A stretch of 64,000 nucleotides of DNA from the NCBI GenBank assembly GCA_965203905.1, contig CBDBDQ010000005.1, forward strand, positions 5,472,001 through 5,536,000, in the 5' to 3' direction. The stretch's first letter is position 1. Every line of letters begins with the position of its first letter. Below, piece after piece: positions 31,264 through 41,190 of the stretch. A program made the translations under genes and the position numbers. The notes under the pieces were generated by a model that ran no database searches, was not told where the DNA came from, and was given only the letters and a program-made list of their open reading frames with translations. Source of the stretch: Spirochaetia bacterium (GTDB taxonomy: Bacteria > Spirochaetota > Spirochaetia > SZUA-6 > Bin103).

Positions 31264-32043
31264 CTACATGCGGAAGTCCTGTCCCAGGTAGAACTCGCGC
31301 GCCAACCGGTTCTCCAGCACCTCGTGGCGGGTGCCGCTGACCATGATCTCTCCGAGGCGGATGATGTAGCTGCGGTGGGTGATCTCCAGGGTGTCGCGCA
31401 CGTTGTGGTCGGTGAGCAGCACTCCGATGCCGGCTTCCGCCAGGCGTTTCACGATGCTCTTGATCTCGTGCACGGCGATCGGATCGACGCCGGCGAACGG
31501 CTCGTCCAGGAGCAGGAACTTGGGTTGCGCAGCCAGGGCGCGGGCGATCTCCGTACGGCGCCGTTCGCCGCCGGAGAGGGTATAGCCGGGTTGGCGGCGC
31601 AGCTCGCTCATGCCGAGTTCGTCGAGCAGTTCGTCGCAGCGCCGGCGCCGGTCCCGCCGCGTCATCCCACGTTGCGTCTCCAGCACCGCCAGCACGTTCT
31701 GCTCGACGCTGAGCTTGCGGAATATCGACGCTTCCTGCGGCAGGTAAGAGATGCCGCGACGGGCGCGCCGAAACATCGGCAGACGGGTGATGTCGAATCC
31801 GTCCAGATAAATCCGCCCCGAGGTGGCCCGGATGAAGCCCACGATCAGGTAGAATACCGTGGTCTTGCCGGCGCCATTGGGCCCGAGCAGCCCGACGATC
31901 TCGCCGGTACGCATGGAGAAGCTCACTTCACGAGCCGCGTACTTGCGCCCGTAGCGCTTGCTCAGTCCCTCGGCGCGCAGGGTCGGCACTGCCGCTGTGC
32001 CGGGGGCGCCTGCGACCGCCTGCTCCGGTCCGGCATTCCTCAT
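31264..32043 (-). CDS. lptB: LPS export ABC transporter ATP-binding protein
   Basis: GPNGAGKTT, YLPQEASIFRKLSV, LSGGERRRTEIARALA, DEPFAGVDP, TDHNVRDTL, YLGQDFRM. Confidence 0.95.
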   Translation of the reverse strand: MRNAGPEQAVAGAPGTAAVPTLRAEGLSKRYGRKYAAREVSFSMRTGEIVGLLGPNGAGKTTVFYLIVGFIRATSGRIYLDGFDITRLPMFRRARRGISYLPQEASIFRKLSVEQNVLAVLETQRGMTRRDRRRRCDELLDELGMSELRRQPGYTLSGGERRRTEIARALAAQPKFLLLDEPFAGVDPIAVHEIKSIVKRLAEAGIGVLLTDHNVRDTLEITHRSYIIRLGEIMVSGTRHEVLENRLAREFYLGQDFRM

Positions 32044-32708
32044 GGGGCGGCGTCCCGCGTCGGGATAGGCGGCTCGTCTCCGGCGGTGCTGAGCTGACCG
32101 CTCACGGATCCATCCAGTACTATCCGGTCCTCGTCCAGGTCAATCAAGACGCGCGTGGCACGATATTCGTCGCCCTTCCACGTCACTACGGGCAGTCCGC
32201 TCAGGGCGACGGTCTGCTCGCGCCGGTTGTAACGCACGAACTGGGCGCGCGCCACCAGGTTCTCGCTGAGGATCCGGACGCCGATCTGGATCAGCGTCTC
32301 GTCGCGTTGCTCCCAGTGCTCCAGGAAGCCGCCCTTCATGACGATCTCGTTTTCATGGTCGATCAGCAGCGCCTCGCCCTGGATGATTACGCGACGGTTC
32401 GTCCGGTCGAACAGCAGCGACTCGCTGGCAAGCTCGATGCCACGCTCGGCCTGGACCACCCGCACTCCACCATGGGAGAGGGCGAAGTTCAGGTCCTCAC
32501 CGTACAGTTCGATCCGCTCGGCGGAGATCTCGAAGTCGTCGGTGATAAGGGAAACGTTGCCGGTCAGCACCGTGCGCTCGCGGCCCTCGGCCAGCACCGT
32601 CTCCATGCGGTCCGCCGCGAACGAGAAGCGCTCCTCATCACTGGCCACCGGCGTGGCCGTCACCAACAGTGCCACCGCGCAGGCGCCGCACCGGATCACG
32701 TGTCGCAT
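32040..32708 (-). CDS. lptA: LptA/OstA family periplasmic beta-jellyroll protein
   Basis: Signal peptide; FSFAADRM..TVLTGNV..ISAERIEL OstA-like strands; directly upstream of lptB. Confidence 0.8.
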   Translation of the reverse strand: MRHVIRCGACAVALLVTATPVASDEERFSFAADRMETVLAEGRERTVLTGNVSLITDDFEISAERIELYGEDLNFALSHGGVRVVQAERGIELASESLLFDRTNRRVIIQGEALLIDHENEIVMKGGFLEHWEQRDETLIQIGVRILSENLVARAQFVRYNRREQTVALSGLPVVTWKGDEYRATRVLIDLDEDRIVLDGSVSGQLSTAGDEPPIPTRDAAP

Positions 32709-33047
32709 GAGTCTCCCGGGATGGGTGAGGTGCGACCGAGCGGCATTGGCACCTAGCATAGCAGAGAGCGTGGACCGGCAAGCAAGCGGCAGGGTGCAGA
32801 GCACCGGTAACCGAGGCGGGCGGCCGCGTCCGCCCAGGTCGCCGAATCGGATGGCGCGCCCGGTAGCTGAGAAACGGGCGTGAGTCTGCTATTCTTCAAC
32901 GCCGACCAATATAGTGGATATCCGATCCAGAGTGCTCGGCAGCGTTTGGCGGCTGCATGATGTCTCTCTCGGTAAGGCATACTGTCTCCTGAGAATCCAA
33001 GCAGACCAGTATCAAGCTGAGCCAGTATACGGCCCGAATGTTGCTCG

Positions 33048-36000
33048 ATGATGAAGTGTATGACCGCTTACGGAGTTGGAGTACTGCTGGTTGTCTTGGC
33101 GACCCTGTTGGCGGTGGTATCTCTGAGCACCTGTCAGCAGGCGGTGTTCCCGAAACCTCAGGGGAATCCCGGCCAACCAGTCGAACGACCCTCCGAGGAC
33201 GCGGACAGCGATCACCCGACTGTCTCGATCACGGATGCGAACGCGATGGAAAGTGCTGGTCACGTAAGTCTCGCAGTGACCCTCAGCAGTTCGAGCGTTA
33301 CCACCGTGACGGCGGGGTACGCGACGGAGAGCGGCACCGCCCGAGAGGGGGAAGACTTCGTGGCGACTAACGGCACGTTGACCTTCAGCCCGGGAAGTGT
33401 CGGACAGACCATTGCGATACCGATCCGACCAGACGACACCGACGAGGCCGACCGGGAGAGCTTTATGGTGCGGCTGGACAGCGTAGAAAACGCGACACTG
33501 GGAGATGCAGTGGCTACCGCAACCATCCTCGACGACGATTTGACGGTAGGTGTGGCGGTGGCCGCGCCTAGTACCGTGGTGGAAGGCGGTGTGGCAAGGT
33601 TCGCGGTCACGGTGACCGGAGGACGCAGCAGCTCGCCGGTGGAAGTCGTTTACCACGTGGCGGGTACCGCACATCCGGGAGCTGACTATGCGGCGCCGTC
33701 CGGGCGGCTGACTCTCGCCGCCGGAACCGCCACCGGTACGATCGCGATCCACACGGTCGCCGACGAGGTACTTGATCCAGGCGAAACAATACAGGTGAGG
33801 CTGCGGAGCGCAACTACGATGCCCGGTGCGGTAACCGTGAATCCTGCGAAGGCGCAAGCCAACGCTACCATTGCGGACCCCGGAATGGTGACGATAGCGG
33901 TGATGGCGGTTAGCCAAGCTGTGGAAGAGGGGGATGATGCGAAGTTTGGCGTGACCCTGACGAGTCCGGTTGCGTCCGCGGTTACGCTGCGATGGACGAC
34001 AGCGGACGGGACTGCCACGGCGGGCGCCGATTACGCCGCCGTGATTGAAGGCTTGGTGACATTCAGCCCGGGGAGCACTGCGCAGACGATCCTGGTGGCG
34101 ACCCTGCAAGACAATCTGGACGAGGCAGACGAGAGTTTTTCGGTCACGCTGCTGCAGCCGCACCTGGCGGAGGCTGTGACCTTGGGCACCGCGACAGCGA
34201 CGGTAGTGATCGCGGACGATGACCATCCTCCGCTGCTGAGGATAGCAGATGTCACGGTGGTAGAGGGGACTACGGCGCAGTTCGCAGTCACGCTCGGGGC
34301 GCCGAGCTCGCGCCGGGCGTCAGTGGCATATGCGACCTCCGACGGCACTGCGGAGCAACCTGCCGACTACGCGGCAGCGAGCAACGTACTGACCTTCGCG
34401 GCGGGAGAAACGGTAAAGACGATCGGCGTACTGACCAACAACGACGTATTGGACGAGCCCGATTGGGAGACCTTCGTGGTGACGCTGAGCGATCCTGTCC
34501 ACGTGACGCTATCCGGTGGCGCCAACACGCTTCAGGCGACAGGGACGGTCGTGGACGACGATGACCCGCCGGTGCTGCGGATAACCGACGCTACGGCGTC
34601 CGAAGGGGAGGAGGCGGAGTTCGTGGTGACGTTGGACGCGGCGAGTGCGCTGCCAGTGACGGTGGCGTATGCGACCGGCGACGGTACTGCACAGGCGCCA
34701 GCGGACTACACGGCAGTGTCACGCACCGAGCTGCCATTCGCGGGCGGAACCAGAACCAAGACCGTCACCGTTGCGACGATGGAGGACACCCGTCACGAGC
34801 CGCGGGAGACCTTCGTGGTGACGCTGAGCAATGCCGTGAACGCGACGCTGGCGGGCGGTGGGAGCACGCTGCAGGCGATGGGAACGATCATGGACAACGA
34901 CAAGCCGCCGGTGTTGCGGATCACGGACTCCACGGCGTCCGAAGGGGAGGCGGCAGAGTTCGTGGTAACGTTGGACGCGGCGAGCGCGCTGCCGGTGACG
35001 GTGGCGTATGCGACCTCGAGCGTGAGCGCGGAGCAGCCCGTCGACTACGCTGCGGCGAGCGGCAGCCTGACCTTGGCTGCCGGCGAAAGGTCGCAGACGA
35101 TCGCGGTGCTGACGCGAGACGATGGGTTGGACGAGGCTGACCGGGAGACCTTCGTGGTGACGCTGAGCAATGCCGTAAACGCGACGCTGGCGGGCGGTGG
35201 GAGCACGCTGCAGGCGATGGGAACGATCATGGACAACGACAAGCCGCCGGTGTTGCGGATCACGGACTCCACGGCGTCCGAAGGGGAGGCGGCAGAGTTC
35301 GTGGTAACGTTGGACGCGGCGAGCGCGCTGCCGGTGACGGTGGCGTATGCGACCTCGAGCGTGAGCGCGGAGCAGCCCGTCGACTACGCTGCGGCGAGCG
35401 GCAGCCTGACCTTGGCTGCCGGCGAAAGGTCGCAGACGATCGCGGTGCTGACGCGAGACGATGGGTTGGACGAGGCTGACCGGGAGACCTTCGTGGTGAC
35501 GCTGAGCAATGCCGTAAACGCGACGCTGGCGGGCGGTGGGAGCACGCTGCAGGCGATGGGAACGATCATGGACAACGACAAGCCGCCGGTGTTGCGGATC
35601 ACGGACTCCACGGCGTCCGAAGGGGAGGCGGCAGAGTTCGTGGTAACGTTGGACGCGGCGAGCGCGCTGCCGGTGACGGTGGCGTATGCGACCTCGAGCG
35701 TGAGCGCGGAGCAGCCCGTCGACTACGCTGCGGCGAGCGGCAGCCTGACCTTGGCTGCCGGCGAAAGGTCGCAGACGATCGCGGTGCTGACGCGAGACGA
35801 TGGGTTGGACGAGGCTGACCGGGAGACCTTCGTGGTGACGCTGAGCAATGCCGTAAACGCGACGCTGGCGGGCGGTGGGAGCACGCTGCAGGCGATGGGA
35901 ACGATCATGGACAACGACAAGCCGCCGGTGTTGCGGATCACGGACTCCACGGCGTCCGAAGGGGAGGCGGCAGAGTTCGTGGTAACGTTGGACGCGGCGA

Positions 36001-38150
36001 GCGCGCTGCCGGTGACGGTGGCGTATGCGACCTCGAGCGTGAGCGCGGAGCAGCCCGTCGACTACGCTGCGGCGAGCGGCAGCCTGACCTTGGCTGCCGG
36101 CGAAAGGTCGCAGACGATCGCGGTGCTGACGCGAGACGATGGGTTGGACGAGGCTGACCGGGAGACCTTCGTGGTGACGCTGAGCAATGCCGTAAACGCG
36201 ACGCTGGCGGGCGGTGGGAGCACGCTGCAGGCGATGGGAACGATCATGGACAACGACAAGCCGCCGGTGTTGCGGATCACGGACTCCACGGCGTCCGAAG
36301 GGGAGGCGGCAGAGTTCGTGGTAACGTTGGACGCGGCGAGCGCGCTGCCGGTGACGGTAGCGTATGCGACCGGTGACGGTACGGCGCGCGCGGGAGAGGA
36401 CTACACGCCCGTGCCGGGCGGGACGCTCACCTTCGCCGGGGACACGGAGCAGACGATCAGTGTAGCGACCACGCAGGATACCCGGAACGAGGACCGGGAG
36501 TCGTTCACGGTGATGCTGAGCAGCCCGTCGAACGCGACGCTGGTGGCAGGCGCAGCCACCGCGACGGGGACGATCATCGACGACGACGCCCTGCCGGTGC
36601 TGTCGTTGGCGGGTACCACGGTGAGCGAGGGACAGACGGCGGAGTTCGTGGTGACGTTGCGCCCGGCGAGCGGGAGGCCGGTGACGGTTGCCTATCGGAC
36701 GGCCGACGGCACGGCCCGGGCGGGACAGGACTACACGGCGGTGTCGCGCATGGCCCTGACCTTCGTGGCCGGCGCCACGCTTCAGACGATCAGAATAGCG
36801 ACGACCCAGGACACTCGGAACGAAGGCGACGAGAGGTTCACCGTGACGCTGAGCAGCCCGTCGAACGCGACGTTGACCGGAGGCGCAGCCACGGCAACCG
36901 GCGTGATCACGGACGACGATGACGGGGATGACCACGGCAATACCCGATCGGCGGCAACCGCCATCCAACCCGGGACTCCAATTTCGGGCCGGCTCGAGAC
37001 AGCGACCGACGTGGACTACTTCAAGGTGGCGGTGAGCGCCAGCAGTACGCTCGTTGCCGCTACCGATGCCGCAAAGGCGGCTGACCGGCAGCACCACGAG
37101 TACCGGGATACGGTCGTCAGAATCGAAGGCTTTGGATACTTCTCGTCGAATGCCGATTCCTTCGACACGGCCGAGATCACCGTCGGGGTGCCCGGCACCT
37201 ACGACATTTTCGTCCGCGTTACTGGTGCCCACGCGTCCCGATATGATCTTGCCGTCTGGCTGACCAATCCGGAAGCTCTTGATTCGTCGTTCGACATTGC
37301 GCTTCGCTTCCTCGGAACGGAGCCGACACCCGCCCAAAAACGTACCATACGTGCTGCGGCCCGGGTCTGGGAGCGTGTCATCACCCGCGGTCTCCCGGAT
37401 CGGCCCGTCGTATCCTCTGACGAGGCCTGCGAAGATAGCGATCCGTCGCTGTTTGGCGAGCTGATCGACGATTTGCTCATCAATGTCAGACTGCAGGCCA
37501 TCGACGGTCCCCGGGGAGTGCTGGCAGCGGCAGGACCCTGCTGGATACGTTCCACTGACGGTCTCCCATACCTCGGGGACGTGTTGTTCGACACCGCGGA
37601 TCTGGCATACCTGGAGTTGCATGACGCTCTCGGCGGCACGGTCGCTCACGAGTTCGCCCACGTACTGGGGTTTGGCCTGCTATGGGGAGATTCGCTCAAG
37701 GAACCGTCTCTCGGTCCCTCCGGCAACCGGATCGCGGGGCAGGACACGCACTTCGCCGGGCGGCAGGCGGTGGCCAATTTCAACGCTGCCGGCGGCGCCA
37801 CCTACGGCGGCGCCAAGGTACCGGTAGAGAACGACACCGCCGAATACGGCATCGGAGCGCTCGACGCGCATTGGCGCGAGTCGGTGTTCGGCGCCGAGTT
37901 GATGACCACTTCCGTGGTGATCGCGGATCCTGCCGAACCGCTCAGCGCCGTGACCATTGCCTCACTTGCCGACATCGGCTATGAGGTTGACTACTCACAA
38001 GCCCAGAGCTACCTGCTGCCGACCGCCTTGTCGTCGCGCAAAGCCGGGCCCGGCGCGATACGCCTCATTCAGCTCCACAACGACATTCGCAGGAAGCCGA
38101 TCAGGGTGGCCAATCCTCCCGAGCTGCCCAACCCCGTCGTCGTCCGCTGA
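33048..38150 (+). CDS. Putative surface lipoprotein: 11 Calx-beta modules + PPC-like domain + leishmanolysin-like (M8) zinc metalloprotease
   Basis: Hydrophobic leader ending LSTC; Calx-beta modules; DDHGNT..GRLE..DVDYF PPC-like domain; HEFAHVLG...AHWRES..ELMT zinc/Met-turn motifs. Confidence 0.85.
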   Translation: MMKCMTAYGVGVLLVVLATLLAVVSLSTCQQAVFPKPQGNPGQPVERPSEDADSDHPTVSITDANAMESAGHVSLAVTLSSSSVTTVTAGYATESGTAREGEDFVATNGTLTFSPGSVGQTIAIPIRPDDTDEADRESFMVRLDSVENATLGDAVATATILDDDLTVGVAVAAPSTVVEGGVARFAVTVTGGRSSSPVEVVYHVAGTAHPGADYAAPSGRLTLAAGTATGTIAIHTVADEVLDPGETIQVRLRSATTMPGAVTVNPAKAQANATIADPGMVTIAVMAVSQAVEEGDDAKFGVTLTSPVASAVTLRWTTADGTATAGADYAAVIEGLVTFSPGSTAQTILVATLQDNLDEADESFSVTLLQPHLAEAVTLGTATATVVIADDDHPPLLRIADVTVVEGTTAQFAVTLGAPSSRRASVAYATSDGTAEQPADYAAASNVLTFAAGETVKTIGVLTNNDVLDEPDWETFVVTLSDPVHVTLSGGANTLQATGTVVDDDDPPVLRITDATASEGEEAEFVVTLDAASALPVTVAYATGDGTAQAPADYTAVSRTELPFAGGTRTKTVTVATMEDTRHEPRETFVVTLSNAVNATLAGGGSTLQAMGTIMDNDKPPVLRITDSTASEGEAAEFVVTLDAASALPVTVAYATSSVSAEQPVDYAAASGSLTLAAGERSQTIAVLTRDDGLDEADRETFVVTLSNAVNATLAGGGSTLQAMGTIMDNDKPPVLRITDSTASEGEAAEFVVTLDAASALPVTVAYATSSVSAEQPVDYAAASGSLTLAAGERSQTIAVLTRDDGLDEADRETFVVTLSNAVNATLAGGGSTLQAMGTIMDNDKPPVLRITDSTASEGEAAEFVVTLDAASALPVTVAYATSSVSAEQPVDYAAASGSLTLAAGERSQTIAVLTRDDGLDEADRETFVVTLSNAVNATLAGGGSTLQAMGTIMDNDKPPVLRITDSTASEGEAAEFVVTLDAASALPVTVAYATSSVSAEQPVDYAAASGSLTLAAGERSQTIAVLTRDDGLDEADRETFVVTLSNAVNATLAGGGSTLQAMGTIMDNDKPPVLRITDSTASEGEAAEFVVTLDAASALPVTVAYATGDGTARAGEDYTPVPGGTLTFAGDTEQTISVATTQDTRNEDRESFTVMLSSPSNATLVAGAATATGTIIDDDALPVLSLAGTTVSEGQTAEFVVTLRPASGRPVTVAYRTADGTARAGQDYTAVSRMALTFVAGATLQTIRIATTQDTRNEGDERFTVTLSSPSNATLTGGAATATGVITDDDDGDDHGNTRSAATAIQPGTPISGRLETATDVDYFKVAVSASSTLVAATDAAKAADRQHHEYRDTVVRIEGFGYFSSNADSFDTAEITVGVPGTYDIFVRVTGAHASRYDLAVWLTNPEALDSSFDIALRFLGTEPTPAQKRTIRAAARVWERVITRGLPDRPVVSSDEACEDSDPSLFGELIDDLLINVRLQAIDGPRGVLAAAGPCWIRSTDGLPYLGDVLFDTADLAYLELHDALGGTVAHEFAHVLGFGLLWGDSLKEPSLGPSGNRIAGQDTHFAGRQAVANFNAAGGATYGGAKVPVENDTAEYGIGALDAHWRESVFGAELMTTSVVIADPAEPLSAVTIASLADIGYEVDYSQAQSYLLPTALSSRKAGPGAIRLIQLHNDIRRKPIRVANPPELPNPVVVR
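34803..36371 (+). repeat. Near-perfect tandem repeat, 339-bp unit, about 4.6 copies
   Basis: cgggagaccttcgtggtgacgctgagcaatgccg recurs at 34803, 35142, 35481, 35820 and 36159; four identical antisense 75-aa ORFs are spaced 339 bp apart. Confidence 0.95.
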
Positions 38151-38173
38151 GAGTCGTCAGGCGCAAGGCTTAC

Positions 38174-38827
38174 TCAGGCGCGATCTGCCGTCCAGCGGAC
38201 GCCGCGGCTGATCACGGTGCGGAAGGCGGGATGGTCGTGGGAGCCGGCGTCGTGGCCCAGGGCGAAGTAGAACACCCGCCCGGCGCCGTAACGGTGGTGG
38301 AGCGCCATGGCGTAGCTGGCGCCGGTGGTCGGGTCGTACGCCTCCATCAGCCGCTGCGAGCGCGCCGGGTCGTGGGCGAAGTAATGCAACTCGTCGTGCA
38401 CGGTGAACGCTTCCAGGGCGCGGGTGATGGGGTGCTCGCGGTCGGTGACGGTCACGGTGAACTCCATGTAGGGGCTGTGGCCGTCGAAGGTGCCGTTGAG
38501 CATCTCGTGGTAGCCGGCGTTGGCGCGGAACGAGGCGGAAGCGGTGTGCAGGCCGAAGAACCCGCCGCCGCCGCGGACGTAGGCCAGCAGGCCCGCCTCC
38601 TGCGCCGGGGTCAGGGCTCCCACGTCGGTGTAGAACAGGGTGGTGTGGAACCGCTCCAGGCCGCCGGCCAGGATTTCGTAGTCCTGCGACAGCTCCGCCT
38701 CCACGCCCGGCTCCGCGGCCAGCAGGTCGCGCAGCAGGCGGCCGGTGCCGGGGTGGTCGTGATAGACGCCCTCGGTGCCGACGAACACCAGCACCTTGAG
38801 CGGCCCGGCCCCGGCGGCGGCGGTCAC
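38174..38827 (-). CDS. ThuA domain-containing protein
   Basis: GTG overlapping the upstream TGA; YHDH, GGGFFGLHTAS, HPITRAL..DELH, GAGRVFYFALGH. Confidence 0.85.
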   Translation of the reverse strand: MTAAAGAGPLKVLVFVGTEGVYHDHPGTGRLLRDLLAAEPGVEAELSQDYEILAGGLERFHTTLFYTDVGALTPAQEAGLLAYVRGGGGFFGLHTASASFRANAGYHEMLNGTFDGHSPYMEFTVTVTDREHPITRALEAFTVHDELHYFAHDPARSQRLMEAYDPTTGASYAMALHHRYGAGRVFYFALGHDAGSHDHPAFRTVISRGVRWTADRA

Positions 38828-39591
38828 CCGCGGACTTCGTGGGAGCTGGCGGTGTAGACCACCGACTGGCCCGGCTCCAGGGGCACGACCGCGGTGCCGG
38901 GACTGAGGAGCTCGACCTGCCGGGAAAGCTCGGCGATGTCGGCGGGCTGCCCCAGGGCCTCGCCGTAGTGGCAGGGAATCACCAGGTCCGCGCGGATCAG
39001 GCTGGCCGCGCGCGCCCCCTCGCGCACGCCCATGGTGAACTTGCCGCCGACCGGGAGGATCGCCACCTGCGGCCGGTACATCTGGCTGATGAGCTGCATG
39101 TCGCTGAACAGGCAGGTGTCGCCGGAGTCGTACACGGTGATGCCGTTGTCGTAGGCCATCACGAAGCCGGCCACGGCGCCGCCGGTGTGGTAGAGCACGC
39201 CCTCGGGCAGCGGACGCGGCAGCACGTGGTCCGACAGCGAGTGCGAGTGGTGCGCCTGGGTCATGGTGATTTCCATGTCCTTTACGGTGACCGAACCGCC
39301 GGGATTCAGGTGGTGCAGCGCGTCCGCCGGCACACCGACCTGGGCCGCGACCTCGCACAGCTCGTAGTGGCCGACGAAGGCGGCCCCGGTGCGCTTGCAG
39401 ATCTCGTAGCTGTCGCCGATGTGGTCGGTATGGCCGTGGGTGCAGAGCACGACGTCCGCCCGGTCCACGTCGTCGCGGGTCAGCGTGGCGGTGGGATTGT
39501 CGTTCAGCCACGGGTCGAAGTAGCTCACGCTGCCGCCCGACTCGAAGCGGAACGAGGCGTGGCCGAGAAAGGTAATCGTCAATTCTGCCAT
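38824..39591 (-). CDS. Metallo-beta-lactamase-fold hydrolase (UPF0173-like)
   Basis: AGGAGG SD; FLGHASF, THGHTDHIGD, SGDT, IPCHY. Confidence 0.9.
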   Translation of the reverse strand: MAELTITFLGHASFRFESGGSVSYFDPWLNDNPTATLTRDDVDRADVVLCTHGHTDHIGDSYEICKRTGAAFVGHYELCEVAAQVGVPADALHHLNPGGSVTVKDMEITMTQAHHSHSLSDHVLPRPLPEGVLYHTGGAVAGFVMAYDNGITVYDSGDTCLFSDMQLISQMYRPQVAILPVGGKFTMGVREGARAASLIRADLVIPCHYGEALGQPADIAELSRQVELLSPGTAVVPLEPGQSVVYTASSHEVRG

Positions 39592-39622
39592 TGCTGGTGA
39601 TCCTCCTGTTCTGAAGATGTGT

Positions 39623-39985
39623 TCAATCGCGCTGAAACAGTTGCAGCAGGACGCCATCCGGGCCGCGGAAGAACGCCAGCCGCAGCCCCGGCAGGGGGTC
39701 GAACGGTTCCTTTTCCATGGCGACGCCCTGCTCCTTGAGTGCCGCCGCCGCCGCGTCCACGTCGGCCACCCGGAACGACAGGTGATGGAACCCCGGGGCC
39801 ACCCCCATCGCCGCCTGCGGCATCAGCTCCAGGGTGGTGGAGCCTGCCCGCAGCATCACGTAGTCCTCATCGGTGCCGCTGGGGATGCGTTCGGCCACTT
39901 CCAGCCCCAGCACCTCGGTGTAGAACCGCTCGGCCGCCGCGACGCTTTCCGCCACCACGGCCGCCTTGTGCAACTCGCCGATCAT
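39623..39985 (-). CDS. VOC/glyoxalase family protein
   Basis: RFYTEVLGL, HHLSFRVADVD, FFRGPDG. Confidence 0.88.
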   Translation of the reverse strand: MIGELHKAAVVAESVAAAERFYTEVLGLEVAERIPSGTDEDYVMLRAGSTTLELMPQAAMGVAPGFHHLSFRVADVDAAAAALKEQGVAMEKEPFDPLPGLRLAFFRGPDGVLLQLFQRD

Positions 39986-40029
39986 GGGCGTTAGTCTATA
40001 TGATCGGAACCCGAGCGACGAGACGAAAG

Positions 40030-41190
40030 ATGACGATATCGGACATCGAGGTGATTCGATTCACGGTTCCGCGGGCCGTGTTTCACAACGGCGTGATAAG
40101 GCGGGAGGACACCGTCCAGACCCTCACTCGCATCGCCACCGACGCGGGAATGGAGGGCTGCTACTTTGGCGGCGGCGGGCACGGCGATCAGAGCGGCATG
40201 GACTGCGCCACCCGCGAATTGGTGAGCCACGGGCTCAAGGAGATGTTGCTGGGTCAGGATCCCTTCGACCGGGAGCGGTTGTGGCACTTCATGTGGACCC
40301 GCAACCTGCCCGAGCCCGCCATCAGCGTGATCGACAACGCCCTCTGGGACCTGGCGGGCCGGGCGCTGGGGATGCCGGTGTACAAGCTCCTCGGGGGCTG
40401 CCGCGACCGGGTGAAGGCGTATGCAAGCACCTACCCCAACATGGGGACTCCCGAGGAGTACGCCGCGCACGCGCTGGCGTGCAAGGAGCAGGGCTATACC
40501 CACTACAAGATCCACCCCTACTACTTCTGGGATCCGGTGACCGGGCGGGCCGAGCCGGGAGGCAGGCCGTCCCACGTGGCCCAGGACCTGGAGGCGTGCC
40601 GGCAGGTGCGCGCGGCGGTGGGACCGGAGATGGTGCTGAGCTTCGATCCGTGGGGCACTTATCGCACCCTGGAGGAAGCGCTGAAGGTCGGCCGCGAGCT
40701 GCAGCGGCTGGACTTCTACTGGTACGAGCAGCCGATGCTGGAGTACCGCGTGGCGGCATATGAACGGCTCACCCGCGAGCTGGAGATTCCGATCCTGGCG
40801 CCCGAGATCGCCGCCGGCAGCGTCTACAGCCGCGCCGACTGGATCCGGCGCGGCGCCTGCGACATGGTGCGCATCGACGTCCTTCGCGGCGGCATCACCG
40901 GCGCGCGCAAGACCGCCACGGTGGCGGAGGCGTTCGGCTTCAAATGCGAGATCCACATGGCCGGGTTCGGCAACCTGCAGGTGCTCGGCGCCACCAGCGA
41001 GGACACCTGCGAGTACTACGAGCGTGGCCTGCTGGCGCCGGGCATCGACTACGACGCACCCGAGCCCTACCTGGAGGCGAACTGCGATCCGCTGGATGCG
41101 GATGGCTGTGTCGCGGTACCGAGCGCTCCCGGGCTGGGCTACCGGATCGACTGGGACTACATCGACGCCCATCGGCTGGAGGAGCGATGA
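40030..41190 (+). CDS. Mandelate racemase/enolase-superfamily dehydratase
   Basis: DNALWDLAGRALGMPVYKLLGG, YKIH, metal ligands D / EQP / PE, terminal PGLG. Confidence 0.9.
   Translation: MTISDIEVIRFTVPRAVFHNGVIRREDTVQTLTRIATDAGMEGCYFGGGGHGDQSGMDCATRELVSHGLKEMLLGQDPFDRERLWHFMWTRNLPEPAISVIDNALWDLAGRALGMPVYKLLGGCRDRVKAYASTYPNMGTPEEYAAHALACKEQGYTHYKIHPYYFWDPVTGRAEPGGRPSHVAQDLEACRQVRAAVGPEMVLSFDPWGTYRTLEEALKVGRELQRLDFYWYEQPMLEYRVAAYERLTRELEIPILAPEIAAGSVYSRADWIRRGACDMVRIDVLRGGITGARKTATVAEAFGFKCEIHMAGFGNLQVLGATSEDTCEYYERGLLAPGIDYDAPEPYLEANCDPLDADGCVAVPSAPGLGYRIDWDYIDAHRLEER

Noticed and set aside
35045-36289. Four identical 75-aa minus-strand ORFs, superficially like a cassette or CRISPR-type array
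   Set aside because: They are the reverse complement of the 339-bp coding repeat; there are no unique spacers and no cas genes.
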